Position numbers and translations under genes: made by a program. Below the pieces are notes generated by a model. It did no database searches and had not been told where the DNA came from. It saw nothing but the letters and a program-made list of their open reading frames with translations. A DNA stretch of 64,000 bases. Source: Pseudomonadota bacterium (GTDB taxonomy: Bacteria; Myxococcota_A; Polyangia; JAAYKL01). The stretch covers positions 190,343 through 254,342 of the forward strand of contig JALNZK010000002.1 in assembly GCA_023229365.1 (NCBI GenBank), written 5' to 3'. Shown here one piece after another: positions 27,576-36,623 of this stretch; position 1 is the first letter of the stretch, and each line of letters begins with the position of its first letter.

Positions 27576-28351
27576 AGATTTTCAGTTACTACTGTTTTTT
27601 TACGAGTAGCAGCACCCTTTAGTTCCGCACCCCTGCCAATTGACAATTTTTTGTAGCCTTTTAGCTCTTTGGCATAAAGGTCCGTTTCATAACCACTAAG
27701 AGCCCATCTGAAAGACACACTCTTTAACATCAATAATAACACAGAATGATCGATTTGTCCATAATACTCATCCGATGTTTCGTGATAGGGCGGATCAAGA
27801 TAAACAAAATCTTTGGGACCATAGGTAGTCCAGGGAAGATTTTGCCAATGAAGAGAGGTAATTTTCACGCCCTGAGCAGACAGCAATTCCTTTGCCATTG
27901 CAGCACGGGGAATATATTTGTCTCTAGTAAAAGGTGGATGTGACCCCATTTTGCCTTCTGGAGCTTCATACCCCAAATTAGCACCAGCCGACCAACCTTT
28001 TCCACCCCATGTAATTTCAGGCTCCAAAACAACACCAAGAGGGTTTTCTTTCTCTGCTTGTTTTTGCCAATGCTGAAAACTTTTTTTAGACGTAATAGAT
28101 TTAGGGAGTTTTTCCAAGTCAGCGGCTAAAAGAGAGTTGAAAAAGTTTCCCCGCAAGTCATTGATATGCCATTCTTGGAAATCTAATTCCTGCTTGGCTT
28201 TGAAAAACACATTACCCCGCCCAGCAAAAGGCTCTACATAAATTCTTCCTTCTTTAGGGAAATGGGCAAGCAACCAATTGCGTAATCGACTTTTGCCCCC
28301 TACTGTGCGAAATGACGGTGTTTTCATTCCCATCCATTGTTTAAAATCCAT
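27560..28351 (-). CDS. Dam-like N6-adenine DNA methyltransferase
   Basis: YVEPFAGRGNVFF (motif I) and FVYLDPPY (DPPY motif IV). Confidence 0.65.
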   Translation of the reverse strand: MDFKQWMGMKTPSFRTVGGKSRLRNWLLAHFPKEGRIYVEPFAGRGNVFFKAKQELDFQEWHINDLRGNFFNSLLAADLEKLPKSITSKKSFQHWQKQAEKENPLGVVLEPEITWGGKGWSAGANLGYEAPEGKMGSHPPFTRDKYIPRAAMAKELLSAQGVKITSLHWQNLPWTTYGPKDFVYLDPPYHETSDEYYGQIDHSVLLLMLKSVSFRWALSGYETDLYAKELKGYKKLSIGRGAELKGAATRKKTVVTENLWMNY

Positions 28352-28366
28352 ATTTTATATAGTAAA

Positions 28367-29350
28367 TTATCGCAATTTACTGGATCGGAAACTCTCCTTT
28401 GCTATATCATGGTTATAGATTATTGTTATTTGGGGGTTTTGTGGCGTATATCGGGAATGATACTGACACCAAGCCCCATGATAGGCATTGGGAATAAACC
28501 CCCACCCAGAGGATGATGAGTAAATAGCAATTGGATGTGTGAATACTACCTGATAACCGCCACCATTACGAGTGTATACTTTTTCATTTGGAAACATTTC
28601 GTGAACGGCAGCATAACAATATGACCAGAACTCATTGTGAGATTGGCAGCAATATACTGTGCAATCACAAGAATGAGATCGATGTTTCTGAACGTAGTTT
28701 TTCCACCACTCTGCCCAAACGTCTCTTTGCTGAACCACCGCCTTTATAGGCTTTGGCTTGATAGGCTGAAGTTTTGGCAACTCCACACGGGGAGTTTCCT
28801 TGGCTCGCTGTTTTATTTCGCCATCAATTTTTTTGTGCCATTTTTCAATATCCTTGACAGCAATCTCGGCAGCCTCTTGCTGGCTCAACGATCTGGCAAT
28901 GCCTTCTTCGGGCAAAGTAGGTGCGTCGATAAACTTCTTTACCTCATCCTCTCTCGCCTTGCGATGTGCTTCAAAAACATCTTGATTTACCACATGTCGC
29001 AAATATTCTGCCTCTTTCTTGGCCTTCTTAATACAAACATCTACTTGATGTAACTCGCTGGCCAAGTATCTGGCTACTTCGTCTTTGCCAAGGTCTTCAA
29101 TGGATTTAAAACCTTTGGCTTCAAAAGTACGTATGAGTGTTTCTCGATCAATTTCCAATTTTTTAATCAATTGGACCACATCCTCCAACTTTTGATTGGA
29201 AGATTTTTCCACCGGAGCAACACATTTGGTTGCAGGGGGCGGATCATGCGTCGTCTGCATTTTCTGGCAAGGAAGTCTCCAATCCTGGTCGCAACCCACC
29301 GCAAATACACAAAGCACAATCAAGCAAAAACGTTTCATGGTTTTCTCCAA
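28367..29350 (-). CDS. putative lipoprotein
   Basis: MKRFCLIVLCVFAVGC lipobox-like signal. 327 aa. Confidence 0.4.
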   Translation of the reverse strand: MEKTMKRFCLIVLCVFAVGCDQDWRLPCQKMQTTHDPPPATKCVAPVEKSSNQKLEDVVQLIKKLEIDRETLIRTFEAKGFKSIEDLGKDEVARYLASELHQVDVCIKKAKKEAEYLRHVVNQDVFEAHRKAREDEVKKFIDAPTLPEEGIARSLSQQEAAEIAVKDIEKWHKKIDGEIKQRAKETPRVELPKLQPIKPKPIKAVVQQRDVWAEWWKNYVQKHRSHSCDCTVYCCQSHNEFWSYCYAAVHEMFPNEKVYTRNGGGYQVVFTHPIAIYSSSSGWGFIPNAYHGAWCQYHSRYTPQNPQITIIYNHDIAKESFRSSKLR

Positions 29351-29477
29351 AAAAATATCCGCAACTCTGGGGTAGAGCAGCGGAACCTATTTCACCCAAT
29401 ATTCAATGTAATACATTCCGCCCAATTGTCAATAGTTGCTCGGAAAACACTTCCGCAACATATTGACACAAAAGGAC

Positions 29478-30002
29478 TTACTTCCAAACCCCCCTGTGGT
29501 TTTTCTGAGCTTCTTTTTGAGCAGCGGCAAAATCTTTTCGATTTACCGTGGTTTTTGCCAATCCTGCTCGCAATTGTTCTATGCAGCAATTGTTACCGTT
29601 TTCAGCATAGACAATACCAGCATACCTTCCCCAGCTTTCAAGGACTTCGACTCGCACATCATCATTGGGAGAAACAATTTTAGAAAGATTTTCTTGAGCC
29701 TGTTTGCCAACTGTAGGAGGTATTTCGAGACCATAGAGATACAAATCACTTTCTCTACGGCCAAACAATCCAGCCCTCACAGTTAGATGATTGCCTCCCT
29801 CTACACTCACAACTGCTTCTGTGCCAATAAGTGTTTCTTCTTTGTGTCTGCTAAAAATGCGATTAGAACAAGCGGCCCACCCCAAGATGAAGCAGAAAAT
29901 GTATGGAAAGGATTTTCTGGCATAAGGATAAACGAATTTTACAAATGACCAGCACCAGCCAGCGATTGTAAGAACTAGATTGACAATAGATACCCAACCC
30001 AT
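29478..30002 (-). CDS. membrane-anchored SNase (thermonuclease)-like protein, paralog 1
   Basis: N-terminal TM. C-terminal WGRYAGIVYAENG...CIEQLRAGLAKT...AAQKEAQKNHRGVWK is the SNase C-terminal signature. Confidence 0.45.
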   Translation of the reverse strand: MGWVSIVNLVLTIAGWCWSFVKFVYPYARKSFPYIFCFILGWAACSNRIFSRHKEETLIGTEAVVSVEGGNHLTVRAGLFGRRESDLYLYGLEIPPTVGKQAQENLSKIVSPNDDVRVEVLESWGRYAGIVYAENGNNCCIEQLRAGLAKTTVNRKDFAAAQKEAQKNHRGVWK

Positions 30003-30013
30003 AATTCACCTCA

Positions 30014-30050
30014 TAAAAAAAAAGCCATCCCAAGGAATGGCTTTGTATTT
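30014..30050. terminator. hairpin flanked by A-run and T-run (Rho-independent terminator, minus-strand sense strongest)
   Basis: A9-agccat-cccaagga-atggct-ttg. On the minus strand the stem is followed by T9. Confidence 0.45.
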
Positions 30051-30195
30051 TCAAAAAATAAGGGCCAGTGTTTAATTCCCTTGTTCGACACAGTGCTTTT
30101 CCCTCCTGGCCCTTGCCCATTGCTAAATAGCAAATCTGGGCTCTTTATTAGTTCGGGATTGCATACCATGTCAGGTTATACACTATATATGCGGC

Positions 30196-30414
30196 TCAGC
30201 CCCCTTTCGCTTGCCAATAAAAAGCAATCAGCGTACAAACACCAGTTGCAACAGCTATAACAGGCAACAGAAGGACAGCACAACCCGATAATACTGTTAG
30301 GGTTACAATAAAATCCTTGTCCTGCTTTTGTTTTTGTTTAAAATACCACCAAAGATAGGTAGTAACCAAACAAATAACCAATGATACGATTCCTACGCCT
30401 TGGAGCATCGTCAT
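30196..30414 (-). CDS. small membrane protein
   Basis: 72 aa with two hydrophobic helices. Confidence 0.3.
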   Translation of the reverse strand: MTMLQGVGIVSLVICLVTTYLWWYFKQKQKQDKDFIVTLTVLSGCAVLLLPVIAVATGVCTLIAFYWQAKGG

Positions 30415-31046
30415 TTAGCACCCCCTTCTTCTGTTTCCTTAGTTTTCTTTTTTGCCCAAATACCTCTGTGTGCTTTTTGGGCTTCTTTTTGGGCTGCTAA
30501 GAGTGCGTTATTATCTTTCTCCACAGAGACTTTGGCCAATCCAGCTTTCAATTGTTCCAAACAACAATTCTCGCCACTCTTAGAATATGGCAATCCTGAA
30601 ATATCTCCAAATTTATCCTCTACCCACCCTTCAGCACCTTCTTTAATTTCCACACGAATTTCATCATCAGCAGAAATTAATTGTTCCAAATTAACTTTTG
30701 CTTCTTTTTCCACCTCTGCCGGTATGGATATTCCCCAAAGCGTACAATTTTTGGTTCGCCGTGAACGATCACGTATTCCAGCTTTTAACTTGATAACATT
30801 ACCACTATCTACAGTGACAACAACCTCAGTTTTTGTCACTGTTTTTCCAAAAAACTTATCAATAGTGTTCCTGATTTTATGGCAACCCCACATCCCAAAA
30901 AGCAAACTGGCCAGGGAGATTAGAATTGGTGCCAACACCAACAGGGATATAAATTGTTTTTGAGCCCTTCTTCGCTTATAATCCCAAACTGCCCAACCAA
31001 CTAGAAAGGCAATAAACAAAAGAACTAAAACGTCATAAATACTCAT
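30411..31046 (-). CDS. membrane-anchored SNase-like protein, paralog 2
   Basis: GISIPAEVEKEAK...CLEQLKAGLAKV...AAQKEAQKAHRGIWAK, paralogous to 29478..30002. Confidence 0.45.
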   Translation of the reverse strand: MSIYDVLVLLFIAFLVGWAVWDYKRRRAQKQFISLLVLAPILISLASLLFGMWGCHKIRNTIDKFFGKTVTKTEVVVTVDSGNVIKLKAGIRDRSRRTKNCTLWGISIPAEVEKEAKVNLEQLISADDEIRVEIKEGAEGWVEDKFGDISGLPYSKSGENCCLEQLKAGLAKVSVEKDNNALLAAQKEAQKAHRGIWAKKKTKETEEGGAK

Positions 31047-31393
31047 TACCAGCCTCCTTCCGACCTTATTTGTGATTTCAAAATCACTGTTTCTGGGCTA
31101 CAGCGATCTGTTAAATTTCGACCATACAAACTGAACAACAAAGCGGCGGCGTCTTCGCCAAAATCACGAAAATCATTGAACATAATGGTGTAAAATTCAG
31201 TTTCAAAAGTGTTTTTAGCATCCAATAACTTGGTGTTCTTTTGAATTTCTTTCACCATTTCGTCTCTGCCATCCCACTCAAACAGCGATTTTACAGCCTC
31301 ATCTGGCAGATATTCCTTATCGGATAATATCTGCCAGATGATCGTAAAACTTGCTGAGCTTGAATTAGACACAAAGCCTGTTCTAATTTTCAT
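31046..31393 (-). CDS. MKxRxGFVSNSS-leader family protein, member 1
   Basis: N-terminus MKIRTGFVSNSSSASFTI. Variable acidic C-terminal part. Confidence 0.5.
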   Translation of the reverse strand: MKIRTGFVSNSSSASFTIIWQILSDKEYLPDEAVKSLFEWDGRDEMVKEIQKNTKLLDAKNTFETEFYTIMFNDFRDFGEDAAALLFSLYGRNLTDRCSPETVILKSQIRSEGGW

Positions 31394-31767
31394 TAATAAT
31401 CTTCTTCCTGATAGTATGTATCCTTTTGTTTGCGAACTTTACTGATATACTCCCCGATTAGCTCGCCAGCAAAATATGTGATATCTTCAGCGAATTCAAG
31501 CTTTTCAGATGCATCAAATGCTGCCTGTAAAGCTTTTGCTTTAAACATATCAGCTATCCACTCATCGCCACCCTCGCCAGAAATGTAATTGAGTACAATG
31601 GCATCTTGTCCCAATACTTTTCTTTTTTTCAAGCCACTATAGCCTGACATTGCCTTGGCTTTTAATTCGCCAAGTTTTTCAAGTGCCGCTGCGTGGCTAG
31701 TTGGGGTAGTAATAACCAAAAAACTTGTCGTACTGCTGTTGGACACAAATCCTGTTCTAAATTTCAT
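31393..31767 (-). CDS. MKxRxGFVSNSS-leader family protein, member 2
   Basis: N-terminus MKFRTGFVSNSSTTSFLV. Confidence 0.5.
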   Translation of the reverse strand: MKFRTGFVSNSSTTSFLVITTPTSHAAALEKLGELKAKAMSGYSGLKKRKVLGQDAIVLNYISGEGGDEWIADMFKAKALQAAFDASEKLEFAEDITYFAGELIGEYISKVRKQKDTYYQEEDY

Positions 31768-31776
31768 GATATTCTC

Positions 31777-32136
31777 CTAATCGTGATAGGCTTCTTGATG
31801 AGTTTCACATTCAACTTTCTTGCCGCACATTTTTTCCACAAGGGCTTCTACACGATCTTTGAATTGTCTACCTGTTTCATTATCGTCCACGTCGCTCCAA
31901 GACTTTCCAATATAACAAGGCCAGTCACTATCAGGATGGTGATATTCTAGTCCTAATTCTTGAGTTTTCTTTTCCAAAATTTCATAAAGCTCATCACCAT
32001 AATCATCTTCGTCGTAATTTTCTTCCTGATCCTTGTTCAGAAACATAGCCTCCAAAACATCGCAATCTATGGCTGCACCATAAATACAAAAACTGCTGGT
32101 TGAACTGTTAGACACAAATCCCATTCGTAATTTCAT
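31777..32136 (-). CDS. MKxRxGFVSNSS-leader family protein, member 3
   Basis: N-terminus MKLRMGFVSNSSTSSFCIYG. C-terminus CGKKVECETH is paralogous to member 4. Confidence 0.5.
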   Translation of the reverse strand: MKLRMGFVSNSSTSSFCIYGAAIDCDVLEAMFLNKDQEENYDEDDYGDELYEILEKKTQELGLEYHHPDSDWPCYIGKSWSDVDDNETGRQFKDRVEALVEKMCGKKVECETHQEAYHD

Positions 32137-32151
32137 TTTAATTATCCTTGT

Positions 32152-32448
32152 TTAACCATTATACCAAGCGTCTATATGAGTTGCACATGCAACTTTTTTA
32201 CCGCATAAGTTTTCTATAAGGGCTTCGACACGGGCTTTAAATTGATTTCCTGTTTCATCGCCACCAATATCTGCCCAACATAATCCGACATAATAATTAT
32301 CATATGGTCGATAACATTCAAGCCCAGCTTCTTCCGCTGCTGCGTAGACATCATCATCCTCGGGCAAATCTTTTTTGTCTACCCTGGCACCATAAATGCA
32401 AAAACTGCTCGTAGAGCTATTGGATACAAACCCCATTCGTAATTTCAT
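32152..32448 (-). CDS. MKxRxGFVSNSS-leader family protein, member 4
   Basis: N-terminus MKLRMGFVSNSSTSSFCIYG. C-terminus CGKKVACATH. Confidence 0.5.
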   Translation of the reverse strand: MKLRMGFVSNSSTSSFCIYGARVDKKDLPEDDDVYAAAEEAGLECYRPYDNYYVGLCWADIGGDETGNQFKARVEALIENLCGKKVACATHIDAWYNG

Positions 32449-32768
32449 TTTTGTTTCTCCACTTTCATTTTTGTTTCCACCCCATCTCCTATCGAAGTAT
32501 GGGTGATGGTTAAATATTTTGGATGATAGTAAATTTTGTTTACAACCCCTAATTTTAAATTAATGGGAATATTGTAATAACAACGTAGTTTGGTAATGCG
32601 GCCATCATCAAAATAAAAAAACACTGCTGTGACTGAGTTATCCTCAGGCACACACTGTATTTTTTCTAATTTGCCTTCGCACATCGAGTCTTCGGTTATT
32701 GATGGCGAAACGCTACCCGATTTGCAACCAACTAATAGCACAAGAGCCAAAAGACTAAATCTCCACAT
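32445..32768 (-). CDS. putative lipoprotein
   Basis: MWRFSLLALVLLVGC lipobox. Confidence 0.4.
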   Translation of the reverse strand: MWRFSLLALVLLVGCKSGSVSPSITEDSMCEGKLEKIQCVPEDNSVTAVFFYFDDGRITKLRCYYNIPINLKLGVVNKIYYHPKYLTITHTSIGDGVETKMKVEKQK

Positions 32769-33870
32769 TTTGACTATCCTTACATGCTGTTACATTAAAT
32801 ACCGGACATGATCTGCATTGTTTAACAAATTTACAATTACAACCACAAGAGGATGTTGTAATTGTTGCTCGCCATTGAATGGCCTTTTTGGCAAACCACA
32901 CATCTTTGAGAAAGTCTTGACAATTTAATACATCAAGACCTTCTTCCCATCCTTTTTCGCCTTCGCAGAAAGAGCAAGCAAAATATTTCCCTTCACAATT
33001 GATATATGAGGAAAAGAGCCCCGATTCACACGGCTCAGCCAGGATAAGCATTTGTTCTTCATCAGCTTGTCCTTCTACAGTTTTGAAAAACAAAGGGGCG
33101 GAACAGGAATCGAACCCCGCACCAACACCCTTGTCTTTGGAGTAAGCAATTAACTTTTTGTATTTTTTGACTGTTGAAATAGGATGAAATGCGTCAGTAT
33201 TATGACCCTTGGGCTTATATTGCAGATAAACTATGGCATTGACTTTTTTAAGCCGAGGATCAGAAGCAACATCATCAATAATATTAAATGCTTTTTCCCA
33301 TGTTTCTTCTGACAACATGAAGTGAATGTTTACTGCATTAAGTGTGTTTCCAGGTTTGCCAATTTCATCAGTGAATAATTTTATAGCATCATAGCTTTTT
33401 TCTTTATTCACAATGCTAACAGCTAAGGCTCCACAAAGTCTACCGGCAAGCTCAGCAACCACAGGCGTTACATCTTGTCCTGATGTGGTAAAATTGGGAA
33501 TTATTCCTTTGCTTCTAGCATACATTGCCATTTTAAAGAAGTCAGGATTGCTATGCATATCGCATAACCCAAAAGCAATTTGCGTGAGGACTTTCGGCAT
33601 TTTGTCCAAAATAATTTTGAACTGCTCGAAAGTCATATTGACTTCTTCTTCATTGGGGCCGTTTCGCTTATAACAGAATTTGCAGCCGCTTTTGCACTTG
33701 CCAGAAGAAATCTCCAAATCTAAAATTTCTGGACCATAGGGCGAAAAAGCAGGATCATCATCTAAGTTAGTGCCCCATCTTACAAACAATCCATTTTCTT
33801 TATGGAAGGTATAGTTATACCCTGAAGAACGCACCATTTTCATCTTAACCGTGTCTTTAATCTGCATCAT
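32755..33870 (-). CDS. radical SAM enzyme with C-terminal Cys-rich (SPASM/twitch-like) domain
   Basis: CKSGCKFCY (CxxxCxxC) near the N-terminus. C-terminus has CEGKYFACSFCEG...CGCNCKFVKQCRSCPVFNVTAC. Confidence 0.55.
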   Translation of the reverse strand: MMQIKDTVKMKMVRSSGYNYTFHKENGLFVRWGTNLDDDPAFSPYGPEILDLEISSGKCKSGCKFCYKRNGPNEEEVNMTFEQFKIILDKMPKVLTQIAFGLCDMHSNPDFFKMAMYARSKGIIPNFTTSGQDVTPVVAELAGRLCGALAVSIVNKEKSYDAIKLFTDEIGKPGNTLNAVNIHFMLSEETWEKAFNIIDDVASDPRLKKVNAIVYLQYKPKGHNTDAFHPISTVKKYKKLIAYSKDKGVGAGFDSCSAPLFFKTVEGQADEEQMLILAEPCESGLFSSYINCEGKYFACSFCEGEKGWEEGLDVLNCQDFLKDVWFAKKAIQWRATITTSSCGCNCKFVKQCRSCPVFNVTACKDSQNVEI

Positions 33871-33875
33871 GCTTC

Positions 33876-34103
33876 CTACAGAACTGATCTAATTGCCAAA
33901 ACAAAACAACAAATCGTCCCAGCCGCAGATGAGAATGTCAAAAACCAAAGAAGGATGATGACTGCCCATTCTTTTGCGGTAATATATCCTTTATCGCTTG
34001 CCATAAAAGATAAGCAAGAAACGACGAAAAGACAATAGGTAAAAAATCCCATTGCCACCATACACACCAAATAATACAAGAGCCAAAGAAACCACATTGT
34101 CAA
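33876..34103 (-). CDS. small membrane protein
   Basis: 75 aa, hydrophobic. Confidence 0.3.
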   Translation of the reverse strand: MTMWFLWLLYYLVCMVAMGFFTYCLFVVSCLSFMASDKGYITAKEWAVIILLWFLTFSSAAGTICCFVLAIRSVL

Positions 34104-34396
34104 TAAGTGGGGTTAATATCCATTACTTGTCTCAAATCCGCATTGGATACGCATACGTTGTGCCCTAGTTTCAAATCGGGAGCAGAAAGCCTAACCGTTG
34201 ATTTGTTGTTTTCTAAATCTTCTCCCAACACTGTTACTAACAACCATCCTGCCTGGATAGGGCTATCCTTCACAGCCACAACGTCCCAATAGGGCACATT
34301 TATGCTAAAGGATGTGCCATCCATTAGTTTGCCCATTACAACTCGCATGCTGCTGGTTTCTTTGATGATTTGACACGCCAAATATTTTTCACTCAT
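34100..34396 (-). CDS. hypothetical protein
   Basis: 98 aa ORF. Confidence 0.3.
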   Translation of the reverse strand: MSEKYLACQIIKETSSMRVVMGKLMDGTSFSINVPYWDVVAVKDSPIQAGWLLVTVLGEDLENNKSTVRLSAPDLKLGHNVCVSNADLRQVMDINPTY

Positions 34397-34409
34397 TATT
34401 TTCTACCTT

Positions 34410-35024
34410 TCATGCCGATAGTTTACCACATTTACTTTTTAAATAAAAGACCAATTTTTTCTTCAAATGCGTGTGCTGCGAATAAACTCTCCAGATTAAC
34501 AAATCGAGTTTTGCCGGGGGTTTGTCAACCAGTTTGCACAATCTGAGGAAACTTGCCTCTATTTCCTTGTACTTTTTTTTACTTCCTGGTGTAGCATTGG
34601 GCACATTCATTCCCAAATCCTGTAAAAATTTTAAGATATGCACATCCAAACCAGCACAATCAGCATCTTTCCTGCTGTGCATAATAAAGCATCGAGAAGT
34701 TTTTCTTCCCAATCCCCAAACACTCTCTAAATCATCTACGGTACAAGTACGGAGATTGAGATTGCTACGAGCCAATAAATACAAAGTCTTGGCTTTTTGA
34801 TTAAAACAACCAATGCCACATTTTTTTAACTTGTTGGCAATTCTTTTTTGCCCAAGTTTTCGCAATACCTCGAAAGGATTGCCAAGAGTGCCCGTCCAGA
34901 ATTTTTCGAGAGCAACAGAAATTGTAGAGGCTTTTTTGCCCGCTACACATATCCAAAAAACAAGATGTTCCTCTAATTGTTTGTTGGATAAATTGTATTT
35001 TGTAATATCATTAGGATCAACCAT
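34410..35024 (-). CDS. HhH-GPD DNA glycosylase (endonuclease III-like)
   Basis: LESVWGLGRKTSRCFIMHS...LDVHI (compare Nth LxxLPGVGRKTAxVVL...VDTHI). Confidence 0.5.
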   Translation of the reverse strand: MVDPNDITKYNLSNKQLEEHLVFWICVAGKKASTISVALEKFWTGTLGNPFEVLRKLGQKRIANKLKKCGIGCFNQKAKTLYLLARSNLNLRTCTVDDLESVWGLGRKTSRCFIMHSRKDADCAGLDVHILKFLQDLGMNVPNATPGSKKKYKEIEASFLRLCKLVDKPPAKLDLLIWRVYSQHTHLKKKLVFYLKSKCGKLSA

Positions 35025-35044
35025 GTAGGGATTTTATCATAAAT

Positions 35045-35674
35045 TTAAAATTTACGCAAGTAAATTGCTTCTTCATTGCTCATTGGAACGTTTGTGTATA
35101 TGGGCAATGTTCTAAAAGTCTCTTCATTTATAAAATCTGTTACTGTTGGTCCTTTTTTCATTACAACACTACAAAGAAAACTTCCTAAGTAATGAATTTC
35201 AAGTCTTAAAGTATTAACTAATAATTCATATCCATTCAATCTAGATAATTCTGCAAAGAAAGCAGGTCTGTAATAATAACACTCTTTGTGTCCATCGAAA
35301 TACGGCTGGCCAGGAAGTTCATGCAGAAATAACCCTCCTGGCTTCACTAAATCATGTGCATTTTTAAAAAGATGATATTGATTAGACACATGCTCTCCAA
35401 ACCCAATATCAGTCAATACGTCAAAATTTAATTTTAAATACGAGTGCGAGTCTGGAATTGGCTGAGACATATCTAACGGTAATGCACCTCCCTTTCCATT
35501 GATATCAATAGAAGTATGATCTATACCAGCTAGTTCAAAAAAGCTCTTTATCCAATGATAGGATAATTCATGTCCTACATAAATTTCTTGATCTCCAAGT
35601 TCAATCATTTTTAAACCTGGATACAACACCAAGTTGCGATTAAAAAACTCTAATACACCAGCAGTAATTCCCAT
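35045..35674 (-). CDS. class I SAM-dependent methyltransferase-like
   Basis: KMIELGDQE and VKPGGLFLHELPG are motif I-like and post-I-like. Confidence 0.4.
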   Translation of the reverse strand: MGITAGVLEFFNRNLVLYPGLKMIELGDQEIYVGHELSYHWIKSFFELAGIDHTSIDINGKGGALPLDMSQPIPDSHSYLKLNFDVLTDIGFGEHVSNQYHLFKNAHDLVKPGGLFLHELPGQPYFDGHKECYYYRPAFFAELSRLNGYELLVNTLRLEIHYLGSFLCSVVMKKGPTVTDFINEETFRTLPIYTNVPMSNEEAIYLRKF

Positions 35675-36331
35675 TTATATCTCCATAATTTCTGAAACTT
35701 CTGGATATACTTGTCCTAATTCAAAATCTAAATATTTTGTAAATACATAAGCTATTTTTTCTCTCTTTTTACCATACTGATCCCATCCTATGACGTTTTT
35801 ATTTCTTAACTCAGCCTCCTTTATACCGGGCAAAGGAGCTTTAAGACGAAATCTTAAATTCAAATAAGGCTCTTTGTGATGTTTGGCTATTTCTCCCTTC
35901 CAAGGTGAATCACCAGTTGCAACTAAAGGTTCGGTTGTTACTAAATCTTTGCCAGCCCCTTCTATAAATTGTTGCCAAACTCTTTTGGCATCTGCGTTTA
36001 TTTCTCTGGCAACTCGATTGGGAATTAAACCATTGGGGGATCGATGCATTAGCAACAAATAAAGCAATGGTCCATAACCATGCTGACTAGCTATTCCTGT
36101 GCTTTCATTGGCATTATGGATACTATTTTTGCGGAAAGAAGCCGCTCCCACAATAGTCTTCATCATTTCTTGCCAATCGCCTTTTTCTAAAGCAATTTTC
36201 ATAGCATCGGCGTTGTAGAGTCCCACTAAACGGGCATCATTAAATAGTGCCACATTAGAAAGGCCCTGCATAGCCATTTCCAAATATTGTTCTTCTCGGT
36301 ATTCTTGAAATGTTTTAATCATTTTCCACAA
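35675..36331 (-). CDS. hypothetical protein
   Basis: 218 aa ORF. Confidence 0.35.
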   Translation of the reverse strand: MWKMIKTFQEYREEQYLEMAMQGLSNVALFNDARLVGLYNADAMKIALEKGDWQEMMKTIVGAASFRKNSIHNANESTGIASQHGYGPLLYLLLMHRSPNGLIPNRVAREINADAKRVWQQFIEGAGKDLVTTEPLVATGDSPWKGEIAKHHKEPYLNLRFRLKAPLPGIKEAELRNKNVIGWDQYGKKREKIAYVFTKYLDFELGQVYPEVSEIMEI

Positions 36332-36609
36332 CTAAAAGCTAAAATAAATCCAGCCAAACAAGCCGCTGGGAGTATCAACCCCCACAGCCAACGTAAACTG
36401 CCTCTATATGCACCAATAAGGCTCAATATCCACGCTATGATCCAAGCTGGTATCCATAATAAAATGCAATCAACAGCTAAATACGCTGTCCAGTCCGCAT
36501 ATGGACTATCCAATAGCATGGCAGAAAACAATGCTGGCAATATATCAAGCCCAATAGCCAAAACAGCTATTACACCTACAGCTTCACAGGCTTTTTTTGA
36601 TTTTTCCAT
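36319..36609 (-). CDS. small membrane protein
   Basis: 96 aa, three hydrophobic helices. Confidence 0.3.
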   Translation of the reverse strand: MEKSKKACEAVGVIAVLAIGLDILPALFSAMLLDSPYADWTAYLAVDCILLWIPAWIIAWILSLIGAYRGSLRWLWGLILPAACLAGFILAFSCGK

Positions 36610-36623
36610 AACTCTATATATCT

